A model generated the notes under the pieces. It did no database searches, was not told where the DNA came from, and was given only the letters and a program-made list of their open reading frames with translations. Of a DNA stretch of 64,000 nt, positions 1-10,259 are shown piece after piece (the first letter of the stretch is position 1; every line of letters starts with the position of its first letter). The DNA comes from an uncultured Candidatus Rokubacteria bacterium (GTDB taxonomy: Bacteria; Methylomirabilota; Methylomirabilia; Rokubacteriales; DASRDR01). Both the position numbers and the translations under genes were made by a program. The stretch is taken from assembly GCA_963708025.1 (NCBI GenBank), contig CAVPSB010000019.1, forward strand, positions 1 through 64,000, written 5' to 3'.

Positions 1-2
1 CG

Positions 3-1727
3 GTGCGGCGTGGCTGGCACCTCGCGGTCGCCGGCCCCGCCGGCGTCGCGGCGCCGGCCGTCAAGGCCCGGCTCGGCCGCGACGAGTGGATCCTGCGGGC
101 CTTCACGGTCGTCATCGGGCTCTACCTCCTGGTGGCCCTGGCCCTGCCGCTCGGGCTCATGCTCGCCAAGAGCCTGCAGAGCGGCCAGGGGGCGTTCGTC
201 GGCCTCGCCAACTACCGCCTGTACTTCGCCACGCCGGCCCTTGCCTACTCGATCTACAACAGCTTCGTGGTCGCGATCCTCAGCACGCTGATCACGGTCC
301 CGCTGGCCTTCCTCTACGCCTACGCGCTGACCCGGAGCTGCCTCCCGCTGCCGGGCGTGTGGAAGACGATCGCCCTGATCCCGATCCTGGTGCCCTCGAT
401 GCTGCCCGGCATCGCGCTGGTCTACCTCTTCGGCAACCAGGGGTGGCTCAAGGGCCTCATGCTCGGTTACTCGATCTACGGACCGATCGGCATCGTGATG
501 GCCGAGGTGTTCTTCACCTTCCCCCACGGCCTGCTCATCATGGTCACCGCGCTCGGGCTGACCGACGCCCGGCTCTACGAGGCCGCCATCGCGCTGCGGA
601 CCAGCCGCCCCCGGATGTTCTTCACGGTGACGCTGCCGGGCGCCCGCTACGGCCTGATCAGCGCGACCTTCGTGGTGTTCACCATGGTGATCACCGACTT
701 CGGCGCGCCGAAGATCATCGGCGGCCAGTACAGCGTGTTGGCCACCGACGTCTACAAGCAGGTGATCGGCCAGCAGAACTTCGCGATGGGCGCGGTCGTC
801 AGCGTCGTCCTGCTGATCCCGGCCGCGTTCGCCTTCGTCATCGACCGCGCGGCCCGCCGGCGTCAGGTGGCGCTCCTCTCGGCCCGGGCCGTCCCCTACG
901 CACCGAAGCCGAGCCGCCGCTTCGACCTCGCCATGGTCGCCTACTGCGCGGTGGTCGGCGTCTTCCTGGTCGGGATGATGGCGATCTCGCAGTACGCGGC
1001 CCTGGTGCGCTTCTGGCCTTACAACCTGGCCCTCACCCTCCAGCACTACGACTTCGACCGGCTGGGCACGATCGGGTGGGCGGCCTACTACAACTCGATC
1101 CGGCTGTCGCTCTACACGGCCCTCGCCGGCACCGGCCTCGTCTTCGTCGGCGCCTATCTCGTCGAGAAGGCCCGGGGGTTCACGGCCGGCCGGGCGGCCT
1201 TCCAGTTCCTGGCCATGACCCCCATGGCGGTCCCGGGGCTGGTCTTGGGCCTCGCCTACATCTTCTTCTTCAACCACCCGGCCAACCCGCTCAACGGGCT
1301 CTACCGGACGATGGCCCTGCTGGTGATCAGCACCATCGTCCACTTCTACACGGTGGCCCACCTGACCGCGCTCACCGCGCTCAAGCAGATGGACCCCGAG
1401 TTCGAGACGGTGTCGGCCTCGCTGAAGCAGCCGGTCTACAAGACCTTCTGGAGGGTGACGGTGCCGGTCTGCCTGCCGGCGATCCTCGACATCGCCATCT
1501 ACCTCTTCGTCAACGCGATGAGCACGGTGTCGGCCGCCGTCTTCCTCTGGGCCCCCGGGACCGAGCTGGCCTCGGTGGCGGTGCTGGACATGGACGACGC
1601 CGGCCAGACCGCGGCGGCGGCGGCGATGGCGATGATGATCTTCTACACGAACGTGGGCGCCCGCGTCCTCCACGTCGGGCTGAGCCGCTGGCTGGAGCGG
1701 CGGACCCAGGCCTGGCGGCGCCGGTAG
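3..1727 (+). CDS. ABC transporter fused permease, Fe3+/2-aminoethylphosphonate type (5' end may lie outside the window)
   Basis: Two hydrophobic permease halves, each with an EAA-like loop (LYEAAIALRTS, FETVSASLKQ). Confidence 0.85.
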   Translation: MRRGWHLAVAGPAGVAAPAVKARLGRDEWILRAFTVVIGLYLLVALALPLGLMLAKSLQSGQGAFVGLANYRLYFATPALAYSIYNSFVVAILSTLITVPLAFLYAYALTRSCLPLPGVWKTIALIPILVPSMLPGIALVYLFGNQGWLKGLMLGYSIYGPIGIVMAEVFFTFPHGLLIMVTALGLTDARLYEAAIALRTSRPRMFFTVTLPGARYGLISATFVVFTMVITDFGAPKIIGGQYSVLATDVYKQVIGQQNFAMGAVVSVVLLIPAAFAFVIDRAARRRQVALLSARAVPYAPKPSRRFDLAMVAYCAVVGVFLVGMMAISQYAALVRFWPYNLALTLQHYDFDRLGTIGWAAYYNSIRLSLYTALAGTGLVFVGAYLVEKARGFTAGRAAFQFLAMTPMAVPGLVLGLAYIFFFNHPANPLNGLYRTMALLVISTIVHFYTVAHLTALTALKQMDPEFETVSASLKQPVYKTFWRVTVPVCLPAILDIAIYLFVNAMSTVSAAVFLWAPGTELASVAVLDMDDAGQTAAAAAMAMMIFYTNVGARVLHVGLSRWLERRTQAWRRR

Positions 1728-1851
1728 CCCGTGGCCGATAACCTTCGCATCCCGTCGTCCTCGGTCGTCGCCCATCCTCGGCGTATGCGGCATACGCCTC
1801 CGGTGGGCGACTCCCTGCGTCCTAGGGCTGCTCGGTTCTCGACCACGGGCT
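1726..1851 (+). repeat. Structured palindromic element family 1, copy A (126 nt)
   Basis: Terminal stem agcccgtggccgataacc/ggttctcgaccacgggct; inner hairpin ggcgtatg-cgg-catacgcc; homologous to 19950, 45394 and 55256. Confidence 0.9.
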
Positions 1852-1858
1852 GAGAAAG

Positions 1859-3115
1859 ATGACGCGGCCGGCGGACGCCGAGATCACCATCGTCGGCGGC
1901 GGCGCCTTCGGCTGCGCCGTGGCCTACTTCCTGGCCCGGGCCGGCAAGCGCGACGTGGTGCTCCTGGAGAAGGACGAGCTGGCCTCGGGGACCACCAGCC
2001 AGGCGGCGGGGCTCGTCGGCCAGGTCCGCACCTCGCCGGCCCGGGTCCGCATCGCGATGTTCTCGGTCCGGACCTTCCGCGCCCTGGCCCGCGAGACGGG
2101 GCACGACCCCGACTACCGCGCGGTGGGGAGCCTGCGACTCGCCCTGACGCCGGCCCGCGAGGCGGAGTTCCGCCACATGGTCGCCGTGAGCCGGCGTGAG
2201 GGGCTCGAGGTCGACTTCGTGCCGCTCCGCGAGGTGGCCGAGCGCTTCCCGCTTCTGGATCTCGCCGGGGTGCGGGCGGCGCTCTGGTGCCCGAGCGACG
2301 GCTACCTCCAGCCCTACGGGCTCACCATGGCCTACGCCCACGGCGCCCGGGCTCTCGGCGTCCGCATTCACACCGGGACGCCGGTCCTCGGCCTCGTGTG
2401 CCGGGACGGCGCGATCGCCGGCGTCCGGACCGAGCACGGCGAGCTGCGCACCGAGACGGTGGTCGTCGCGGCCGGACCGTGGGCGGCGATGCTGGCCGCG
2501 ACGGCCGGCGTCGCGCTGCCGATCGTGCCGGTCCGCCACCAGTACTTCGTCACCGAGCCCGTCGCCGGCGTGAGCCCGGAGTTGCCCGTCTTGAGAATCC
2601 CCGACCTCCGCCTCTACGCGCGGGCCGAGGTGAACGGTCTGCTGGTCGGCGGGTTCGAGGCCGGGCCGGAGAGCCTCGACCCCCGCGAGCTCCCCGGCGA
2701 CTACCGGCGCTTCGCCGTCGAGCCGGAGTGGGAGCGGCTTTCGGGCTTCGGCCGGGACGGCGTGACGCTGCTGCCGGCCCTGGCCGAGGCCGGGGTGAGC
2801 GCGACGTTCCAGGGCTATCCCACGTTCACGCCCGACGGCCACTTCTGCCTGGGCCCGGTCCCGGGGATCCGCGGCCTCGTGATGGCTGCCGGCTGCTGCG
2901 CCCACGGCGTGTCGGGATCGGCCGGCCTGGGGACCACGGTGGCCGCGGCCATCCTCGACGAGGAGCCGCTGGTGGACCTGGGCCCGGTGCGGGCCGGGCG
3001 CTTCGCCGGCGCCGTCGAGTGGGACGGCGCCCGTCGCGCCGCCGAGCGCGTGTACGCCAACTACTACGGCCTGGCGCCGGAGCTCGCCGCTAGCCCCACC
3101 GCACCCACGTCGTAA
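1859..3115 (+). CDS. FAD-dependent oxidoreductase (sarcosine oxidase beta / dimethylglycine dehydrogenase N-terminal, DAO family)
   Basis: GGGAFG dinucleotide-binding motif, GTTSQAAG, TFTPDG. Confidence 0.85.
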   Translation: MTRPADAEITIVGGGAFGCAVAYFLARAGKRDVVLLEKDELASGTTSQAAGLVGQVRTSPARVRIAMFSVRTFRALARETGHDPDYRAVGSLRLALTPAREAEFRHMVAVSRREGLEVDFVPLREVAERFPLLDLAGVRAALWCPSDGYLQPYGLTMAYAHGARALGVRIHTGTPVLGLVCRDGAIAGVRTEHGELRTETVVVAAGPWAAMLAATAGVALPIVPVRHQYFVTEPVAGVSPELPVLRIPDLRLYARAEVNGLLVGGFEAGPESLDPRELPGDYRRFAVEPEWERLSGFGRDGVTLLPALAEAGVSATFQGYPTFTPDGHFCLGPVPGIRGLVMAAGCCAHGVSGSAGLGTTVAAAILDEEPLVDLGPVRAGRFAGAVEWDGARRAAERVYANYYGLAPELAASPTAPTS

Positions 3116-3413
3116 AGCGGCACGTGGTAAGGTTGCGCCGCTGGTCGGGGCTCCTTGCCCGAGGCAGTGCCTCGTGCTGAGCGCGCGTACTACCGCCTCG
3201 CGCTGGCTTCCAGCTGCTGAGTCCTCGGCGCGGGCCGAACCGGTCCCAATGGTGGCCCCCCTGGCACGCGGCGCTCGGGGTCGGCTATGCTCGCTGGGAC
3301 CCGGAGGAGGGCCACTCGGAGGGAAGTCTGGAGAGGGTGGTGCTTGCAGGGCATCGGGAGTCGGTCCAGACAGGAACGACCGGCAGAGGCCAGGACGGCC
3401 TCGGGAGAGAGCG

Positions 3414-4952
3414 ATGAGGCAATCGGGATGGAAGCGCCACGTCGCGTGGGTCCTCGCGGTCTTCGCGGTCGGCGGGCTGGCCGTCGTCCCATCGCGGACG
3501 GATGCGGCCGACCGGTCGAAAGACGACGTGGTCGTCGCGTTCGGCTCGCTCGGTGCATCCCTGGACCCGCAGATCCAGTTCTCGTCCCCCACGTACGCGC
3601 TGGTGCGTCACATGTTCGATCCGCTCGTCGAGTTCGACGCGGACAACAAGATCGTGCCGAAGCTCGCCGAGAGCTGGCGTGTGGTGGAGCCCTCGGCGTG
3701 GGAGTTCAAGCTCCGGCGGGGGGTGAAGTTCCACAACGGCGAGCCGTTCACTGCGGGCTCCGTGAAGTTCACCCTGGAGCGTGTCGTCAAGCCCGAGACC
3801 AAGTCACCGCAGGCGTTCGTCTTCGCCTGGCTCGACCGGGTGGACGTGATCGACCCGCAAACGGTCGTCATCCGCACCAAGGGACCCTACCGCCCGCTGC
3901 TGTCCATCCTGGCCCTGACCGACATGCTGGAACCCAAGGCGGCGGTGGACCCGGCCGCCCACGGCCTCAAGCCGGTGGGGACCGGCCCGTTCCGCTTCGT
4001 CGAGTACGTGCCGAACAGTCGCGTCGTGCTGGTCCGGAGCGACGATTACTGGGGGCCCAAGCCGAAGTTCCGCAACCTGACCTTCCGGGAGATCCGCGAC
4101 AACTCCACGCGGGTGGCGTCGCTGGAGACGGGCGAGACGGACGTGATCCACAACCCGCCGCCGGAGGACCTGGCGCGCCTGAGCGCCAATCCGAAGCTGG
4201 AGGTCAAGTGGGTGCCGGCCGCCCGCGCCCTGAACGTGAACTTCAACAGCCGGCGGTTCAAGGCGTTCCAGGACGTGCGGGTTCGGCAGGCGCTCAACTA
4301 CGCGGTGGACAAGGACGCGCTGGTCCGCTTCGTCTACAAGGGAATGAGCACGCTCCTCCGGGCACCGATGACCGAGGAGGTCGCCTTCTTCAACCCCAAC
4401 CTCAAGCCCTACCCGTACAACCCGGAACAGGCCAAGAAGCTGCTCGCGGAGGCCGGGTATCCGAACGGCTTCTCGATCGCCTTCGCCGGCCCGGTAGGGC
4501 GGTGGGTCCTCGACAAGGAGCTGAGCGAGGCCATCGTCGCGCAGCTCGGCAAGGTGGGGGTCAAGGCGAGCGTGACGGCCCTCGAGTTCGCGACGTACCT
4601 GGCCGAGCATGCGGCCTTCCTGAAGGGGGAGGGGCGGTTCGATGCCGTGCTGAGCGGATGGGGGGCCCTCACGCTGGATGCCGACTGGGCCCTCTGGTTC
4701 AACTTCCACACGCCGAACCGGGTGGGATACGCCAACCCCGAGGTGGACAAGCTCCTCGAGCAGGGACGGGCGGCCCTCGACCCGAAGGAAGCGGAGCGGA
4801 TCTACTGGAAGGCCCAGGAGATCGTCTGGGACGAGGCGGCCTGGGTGTGGCTCTTCAAGCACCCCGAGATCCTGGGCGTCAACAAGCGACTCAAGAACGT
4901 CGCCCCTCGGGCCAACGAGTACATCATGGTCCGGGACTCCTGGGTGGAGTGA
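3414..4952 (+). CDS. Peptide/nickel ABC substrate-binding protein (family 5)
   Basis: Signal peptide MRQSGWKRHVAWVLAVFAVGGL; LAESW, LRRGVKFHNG, GTGPFRF, VRQALNYAVD. Confidence 0.9.
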   Translation: MRQSGWKRHVAWVLAVFAVGGLAVVPSRTDAADRSKDDVVVAFGSLGASLDPQIQFSSPTYALVRHMFDPLVEFDADNKIVPKLAESWRVVEPSAWEFKLRRGVKFHNGEPFTAGSVKFTLERVVKPETKSPQAFVFAWLDRVDVIDPQTVVIRTKGPYRPLLSILALTDMLEPKAAVDPAAHGLKPVGTGPFRFVEYVPNSRVVLVRSDDYWGPKPKFRNLTFREIRDNSTRVASLETGETDVIHNPPPEDLARLSANPKLEVKWVPAARALNVNFNSRRFKAFQDVRVRQALNYAVDKDALVRFVYKGMSTLLRAPMTEEVAFFNPNLKPYPYNPEQAKKLLAEAGYPNGFSIAFAGPVGRWVLDKELSEAIVAQLGKVGVKASVTALEFATYLAEHAAFLKGEGRFDAVLSGWGALTLDADWALWFNFHTPNRVGYANPEVDKLLEQGRAALDPKEAERIYWKAQEIVWDEAAWVWLFKHPEILGVNKRLKNVAPRANEYIMVRDSWVE

Positions 4953-5041
4953 GGCTCCTTACCTGATCGTCGGGTAGGTCCCGGCCGGCTCGCGGAGTCT
5001 GTCGCCGCGGACCGGCCGGGACCGGACTCCGCATCCGCGGT

Positions 5042-5965
5042 ATGATCCGCTATCTCGCCTGGAAGGCGCTCCATGCGGTCCTGGTCCTGGCCGGCGTGTC
5101 GGTCGTCGTGTTCCTGCTCCTGCACCTGATCCCCGGGGATCCCGCGACGACGCTGCTCTCGGAGCACGCGACCCCGGAGGCGGTCCTCGCGCTGCGGACG
5201 CAGCTCGGCTTGGACCGGCCGCTCGCCATCCAGTACGTCAAGTACGTGTGGAGCTGTCTGCGCGGCGATCTCGGCACCTCGATCCGGTTCGGCATCCCGA
5301 ACCTGACGCTAGTGCTGCAGTACCTGCCGGCGACGGTGGAGCTGACCCTGGCCGCCCTGGTCGTCACCGTGACGATCGCGCTGCCGATGGCCCTCTGGTC
5401 TGCGCTCCACCGGGACTCGGCCGTCGACTATTTCGTCCGGATCGGCGCGCTCCTCGGCCAGTCCGTGCCGGGCTTCTGGCTGGGCATCGTCCTCATCATC
5501 CTCTTTGCCGTGCAGGCCCGCCTGCTTCCGACGAGCGGGCGGGGAACGCTCCTGCACCTGGTGTTGCCCAGCCTGACGCTGGCCGCCTACTTCGTGGCCC
5601 TCCTCGCCCGGGTGGCCCGCGCGGTCCTGGTAGAGGTCCTCGACGAGGACTATATCCGGACGGCGCGAGCCAAGGGAGTGAACCGGGCGGGCATCCTGCT
5701 CCGCCACGCCCTGGCCAACGCGCTCATCCCCGTCGTCACGCTGCTCGGGCTCCAGATCGGCACGCTCCTGGGTGGTGCCGTCATCACCGAGGCGGTGTTC
5801 GCCTGGCCGGGGATCGGCACCCTGGCCGTCCAGGCGATCTTCAACCGCGACTACCCCCTCGTGCAGGCGATCGTGCTGATCAGCGCCGTGATGTTCGTCG
5901 CCATCAATTACTGCCTCGATGCGCTCTACTGCGTCCTGGATCCCCGCATCCGGCTCGTCCACTAG
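5042..5965 (+). CDS. dppB: Peptide ABC permease, DppB-like
   Basis: PGDPA, GDLGTS, DYIRTARAKG, RDYPLVQ. Confidence 0.85.
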   Translation: MIRYLAWKALHAVLVLAGVSVVVFLLLHLIPGDPATTLLSEHATPEAVLALRTQLGLDRPLAIQYVKYVWSCLRGDLGTSIRFGIPNLTLVLQYLPATVELTLAALVVTVTIALPMALWSALHRDSAVDYFVRIGALLGQSVPGFWLGIVLIILFAVQARLLPTSGRGTLLHLVLPSLTLAAYFVALLARVARAVLVEVLDEDYIRTARAKGVNRAGILLRHALANALIPVVTLLGLQIGTLLGGAVITEAVFAWPGIGTLAVQAIFNRDYPLVQAIVLISAVMFVAINYCLDALYCVLDPRIRLVH

Positions 5966-6005
5966 CCAGCGTGGCAGTTCCGGCGCCCCGCCGGGCGGGG
6001 ACGGC

Positions 6006-6881
6006 ATGCCGGCGCCAGGGGCCGGCCGGTCGCGCGGACTCGCGGCGTCACCCGCCTTCCTCGTCGGGGGAGCGCTCGTGGTCCTGCTCGTCGGCTCGGC
6101 GCTCTTCGCTCCGCTGCTGGCACCTGGTGATCCGCTGGATGCCGACCTCCAGTTCCGGCTACGCCGCCCGTCCTGGAGCCTGGACGAGGGACGTCGGTTC
6201 CCGCTGGGGGCCGACGCTCAGGGGCGCGACGTGTTGAGCCGTATCCTGTACGGCGGGCGTGTCTCGCTCTTCATCGGGGTCGCCTCGGTCGTGATTAGCG
6301 GGGTGGTCGGAGTGGGGCTGGGTGTTCTCTCCGGCTATCTCGGGGGGCGGTGGGACGACGTGATCATGCGGGTGGCCGATGTCCAGCTGGCCTTCCCGTT
6401 CGTGCTCCTGGCCATGGCGGTGGTGGCCGCGCTGGGGCCCAGCATCTCGAACCTGATCGCGGTCTTCTTCCTGACGGGGTGGGTGGCCTCCACGCGGCTG
6501 GTGCGAGGCCAGGTCCTCACGATCCGGGAGCTGGCCTACGTGGAGGCGGCGCGCGCGCTGGGGCACCACCCGGCCGTGGTGATGCTGCGCCACGTGCTGC
6601 CCAACGTCGTCTCACCGATCGTGGTGCTCGCCTCGTTCGAGCTGGCCCGCATCATCCTCCTGGAGTCGGCGCTGAGCTTCCTGGGTTTGGGCGTCCAGGC
6701 GCCGACGCCGAGCTGGGGCAACATGCTCGGGGAAGGCCGGGAATACATGCGAACGGCCTGGTGGCTGTCGGTCTTCCCCGGCTGCGCCATCGTGCTGGCG
6801 GTGCTGGGAGTGAACCTGCTGGGTGACGGCCTCCGCGACCTCCTCGACCCGAAGGCGCGCCGCCTCGGGAAGCTCTGGTAA
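6006..6881 (+). CDS. dppC: Peptide ABC permease, DppC-like
   Basis: GRDVLSRILYGGRVSL, YVEAARALG, LSFLGLG, PSWGNML. Confidence 0.85.
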   Translation: MPAPGAGRSRGLAASPAFLVGGALVVLLVGSALFAPLLAPGDPLDADLQFRLRRPSWSLDEGRRFPLGADAQGRDVLSRILYGGRVSLFIGVASVVISGVVGVGLGVLSGYLGGRWDDVIMRVADVQLAFPFVLLAMAVVAALGPSISNLIAVFFLTGWVASTRLVRGQVLTIRELAYVEAARALGHHPAVVMLRHVLPNVVSPIVVLASFELARIILLESALSFLGLGVQAPTPSWGNMLGEGREYMRTAWWLSVFPGCAIVLAVLGVNLLGDGLRDLLDPKARRLGKLW

Positions 6882-6949
6882 CGGCGGCGACAGGCCCAGC
6901 GGTGCTGTACCCATCCTGACGGTCTGGTGGACGTATTCAATCAGATCGC

Positions 6950-7939
6950 TCAGCTTCGCGTCCCCACCGCCGAAGCAAGGAAAGCGTCGACCGCGTGGAC
7001 CCACGGCTCGGGCGAGGCCTTGTACAGGGACCCGTGCCGCGCGCCGCGGAACTCGACGAACTCCCTCGGGCCGCCCAGCTGGTCGAATACCCGCCGTGCC
7101 TGTTCACGGGTGGCGCGAGCATCGTCGCTGCCGTGGAGCATCAGGACCGGAGCCGTGATGTTCCGGGCGTAGCCTGACGGGTTGTGGCGGTGAGCGGGGA
7201 AGCCCATCTGAACGCCTCCCCAGAAGCCGAGCAGCTCGGCGAGAGGAGATGGCGGCAGACCCATCGCGCGGAATCGGTTCCTGATGGCGTTGAACATCTC
7301 GTCATAGAGACCCTCGACGATCACGGCCGATGCGTTGACCGGGGAGGTGGAGACCGCCCGGACGATCGACACGGCCCCCATGGACTGCCCGTAGAGGATC
7401 AGCGGCGAGGAGGTCCGAAGATCGTGTCGGACATGGGCCGCGGCCGCGATCACGTCAGCCGCCTCGTAGTAACCGATGGACGTCCAATCGCCGGCCGAGC
7501 CACCGTGACCGCGGTGATCGACGAGGAGAGTCGAGAACCCAAGATCCCGGAATGCCTTTGCCTCGTCGAGTAGCGCCGACCTGGTGCCGGCGTAGCCATG
7601 GAACAGGACGACCACGCCGCGCTCCGTCGGATGGGGAGCCCACCACGCCTCCAGATCGAAGCGATCCGCGGTCGTGAAGCGATGCGTCGTGAAGGACGAC
7701 GCCTGATCTGCCGGGAGCTCCGTGTTCCTGGGCCGTGGCAGGTCGATCCCGACCAGGAGAACGTACGCCTTCTCGTACCAGCCGAGCGTGTCCGGCGGCT
7801 TGGTGCGCTCCCGGGCGCCGGCGAAGTGGAGCATGGACCGGGCGTGGAAGTACGCGACGGCGTTCAGGAGAACGACCGCGACCAGCCCCGCGGCCAGGAG
7901 GGCGTGAAGCTTGCGGCGGCTGAGCATTGGTCCCCTCAT
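6950..7939 (-). CDS. Alpha/beta hydrolase with N-terminal membrane anchor
   Basis: FHGYAG, GQSMG nucleophile elbow, HGSDD, ARHG. Confidence 0.85.
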   Translation of the reverse strand: MRGPMLSRRKLHALLAAGLVAVVLLNAVAYFHARSMLHFAGARERTKPPDTLGWYEKAYVLLVGIDLPRPRNTELPADQASSFTTHRFTTADRFDLEAWWAPHPTERGVVVLFHGYAGTRSALLDEAKAFRDLGFSTLLVDHRGHGGSAGDWTSIGYYEAADVIAAAAHVRHDLRTSSPLILYGQSMGAVSIVRAVSTSPVNASAVIVEGLYDEMFNAIRNRFRAMGLPPSPLAELLGFWGGVQMGFPAHRHNPSGYARNITAPVLMLHGSDDARATREQARRVFDQLGGPREFVEFRGARHGSLYKASPEPWVHAVDAFLASAVGTRS

Positions 7940-8478
7940 TATCTCGCCCCGTGGTCGCAGCCGTGTCCTAGACCTTGCTCGCGACTCTCTCCTGGCCGGT
8001 GCACGTTCTCCTTGACGAGCAGCTGCCGGTAGACCTCGCTCGGGAAATCCGCGGCCTCGCCGGTCCTATTCCCCACACCCTCGATGACGTGCCGGCTGGG
8101 CATCTCGGATTCATGACGAGGCCCGTGCGCGAGTGAGTGAGTGAACGGGGAAGAGTGGCGGCGGCGCCCCGGGTGGGGAATCTGCGCCCCACCGGGCCGG
8201 CGAGACGACCACGCGGAACGATCCCGGCTGGGGTGTTTCCCTCAGGAGCTTGGATCCCCTGCCGGGCGTTCCGCGTGTTCCGCAGCAGGAGGATCCGGGC
8301 GGGGCTGCCTGCCCGTTTGCCAGTGACCGTCGAATCGGCACGTGCGGCCCATTCGTTCGCGAGGTAGAACGCAGCCCCGAATTGTGGGCAGCGCGCCCAA
8401 TCAATTCCAGCGCGCGAGATCAAGCGCTCCGGCACTCGAGTGCTCCGTGAGCCCGACACCTCTGGGGCACACGGTTCG

Positions 8479-8494
8479 CGGCATTAACCTTGCT
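8479..8494 (+). promoter_or_regulatory. Putative sigma54 (-24/-12) promoter
   Basis: cGGcattaaccTTGCt = GG-N10-GC with TTGC, about 85 nt upstream of the ATG at 8579. Confidence 0.5.
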
Positions 8495-8578
8495 TCGGCA
8501 AGATGCCTGAGGGACGGTCATGCATCGCCACAGGGCGGATCGCCAGGGGAGAGGCCCCTGAGGCTTCGGGAGCCAGAC

Positions 8579-9694
8579 ATGACCAGGCGCGTGGCGGTCT
8601 TGCTGACAGCGGTAGTCCTGGGCATGGCTTGCGCCGGCCCGGCGGCGCGGGACCGGGATGTGGCCCAGTCGCCAGCGAGCGCGGGCCCAGGCGCGGGGTC
8701 TCATCCACGCTGGCGGGCCGGACAGGATCTCGGCGGGGCGGACCTGCGTGGGGCGGATCTTCGGGGGGAGAACCTGGCTGGCGCCAACCTGAGCGGGGCC
8801 AACTTGAGCGGGGCCAACCTTGCACGGGCGAACCTCGCAGGAGCAAGGCTCAGGGCCGCGAGCTTGCGCCGAGCGTCTCTGGAGCGCGCCGACTTGAGCG
8901 AGGCTGATCTGACGTGGGCCAACTTGAGCGAGGCGACCCTCGCCGGTGCCCGACTCGATCGTGCGAGCCTGGCTTCCGCCGACCTGAGAGGGGCGAGCCT
9001 GAGCGAAGCCGACCTTCGTGACGCATCGCTAGGTTATGCCGATCTCAGAAGGGCATCGCTGGCAGGGGCCGACTTGCGTGGCGCCAAGCTCTTCGGCGCC
9101 AACCTCGAAGGAGCGAACCTGCGCAACGCCAACCTGGAGGGCTCGGCTCTCGAGGGCGCCGACTTGACCAACGTGGATCTCCGGGGGGCACGCTTCGGTC
9201 TCCTCGGACCGAGAGGTGCGTCCTCGGGTGCAGGCATACCGCCGGAGGCGCTGGAGGAGCTCGCGCCGGGCACGACAGCACGCGCGGACGTGCTCGCGGG
9301 GCTCGGGGAGCCAGCCAGTCGGCTCCTCGATGGACGCATGCTGGGCTACAGATGGGCCCGGGATCAGAGGGGTTTGCTGTTCATGACTCAACTGGGTTCC
9401 ACGCGGCTGCTCCTGACCTTCGATGCCTCGGGTCGCCTGGAGACGCGCATGTGGGCGGTTGGCGGCAAGGCCGACTTTCTGGTTGATGGACGAACGACGA
9501 AGCGGGAGGTGGTGATGGCTCTCGGGCTCCCGTCGGGCCAGTTCGAGGGCGAGCGGATCCTGACCTATCGGTTGACGCCGGACCGGAAGGCCGTCGGGAG
9601 AGAGATCGGCTGGGACGAGGCACCTTACAGCCTCGTGCTCATGTTCGACGACGGCCATGTCCTGGTGCGTCATCGCTTGGTCGAGGTTCGCTGA
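8579..9694 (+). CDS. Lipoprotein with pentapeptide repeats and two C-terminal SmpA/BamE-like domains
   Basis: Lipobox-like LGMAC; about 30 A[DNS]LxG-type pentapeptides; then PGTTARADVLAGLGEP and GRTTKREVVMALGLP. Confidence 0.8.
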   Translation: MTRRVAVLLTAVVLGMACAGPAARDRDVAQSPASAGPGAGSHPRWRAGQDLGGADLRGADLRGENLAGANLSGANLSGANLARANLAGARLRAASLRRASLERADLSEADLTWANLSEATLAGARLDRASLASADLRGASLSEADLRDASLGYADLRRASLAGADLRGAKLFGANLEGANLRNANLEGSALEGADLTNVDLRGARFGLLGPRGASSGAGIPPEALEELAPGTTARADVLAGLGEPASRLLDGRMLGYRWARDQRGLLFMTQLGSTRLLLTFDASGRLETRMWAVGGKADFLVDGRTTKREVVMALGLPSGQFEGERILTYRLTPDRKAVGREIGWDEAPYSLVLMFDDGHVLVRHRLVEVR

Positions 9695-9713
9695 TGGATC
9701 GATGGATCGGACC

Positions 9714-10115
9714 ATGACTTGGAGGGTCCTTCCCCTCGCATTGGGGGTCGCGCTCTTCTCGGAGGCATGTGTCGCCGTGCCGGTCGCGGGGCGCACGTCC
9801 GGTACCAGCCGCGCGAAGGAGGAGGGAGTCGAGCGGCTTCTCCAGACGGGCGTGACGACGCGGGAAGAGGTGCTGTTTGCCTTCGGGGAGCCGGACGACG
9901 TCGTAGGCGTAGGCCAGGGGACCTTTCGCTACGTGGGCCGCGAGTGGAAACGATGGGTTGGAATATTGCTCATAAACCCCGCCACCATTGTTGGGCCGAT
10001 GCCCTTCTGGACCGAGAAGGAAGTTGCGGACTACACCTTGGAAATCGAGTTTGACGAGCGCGGAATCGTCAAGCGTGTCGAACGGCAGGCGTTGGGTGCG
10101 CGGCCGCCCAAGTGA
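9714..10115 (+). CDS. Small SmpA/BamE-like putative lipoprotein
   Basis: Hydrophobic leader ending in Cys (LFSEAC); TGVTTREEVLFAFGEPD; IEFDERGIV. Confidence 0.65.
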   Translation: MTWRVLPLALGVALFSEACVAVPVAGRTSGTSRAKEEGVERLLQTGVTTREEVLFAFGEPDDVVGVGQGTFRYVGREWKRWVGILLINPATIVGPMPFWTEKEVADYTLEIEFDERGIVKRVERQALGARPPK

Positions 10116-10259
10116 CGCGTGGCGGCCGGGCAGCGCGGCTCGATCAGGCCGCGGACGTCGATTTCGACCCGCCTTCCCGTCTGATCCTGTCCATAGAACC
10201 GATGCTGAACCCAGCCGGGCACCGGGGGCGCCGGGACCAGAGGCGCAATCTGAGCACAC

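Noticed and set aside
8725-9195. 15-nt periodic DNA as a CRISPR or tandem array
   Set aside because: Explained by pentapeptide coding repeats; no identical repeats with unique spacers.
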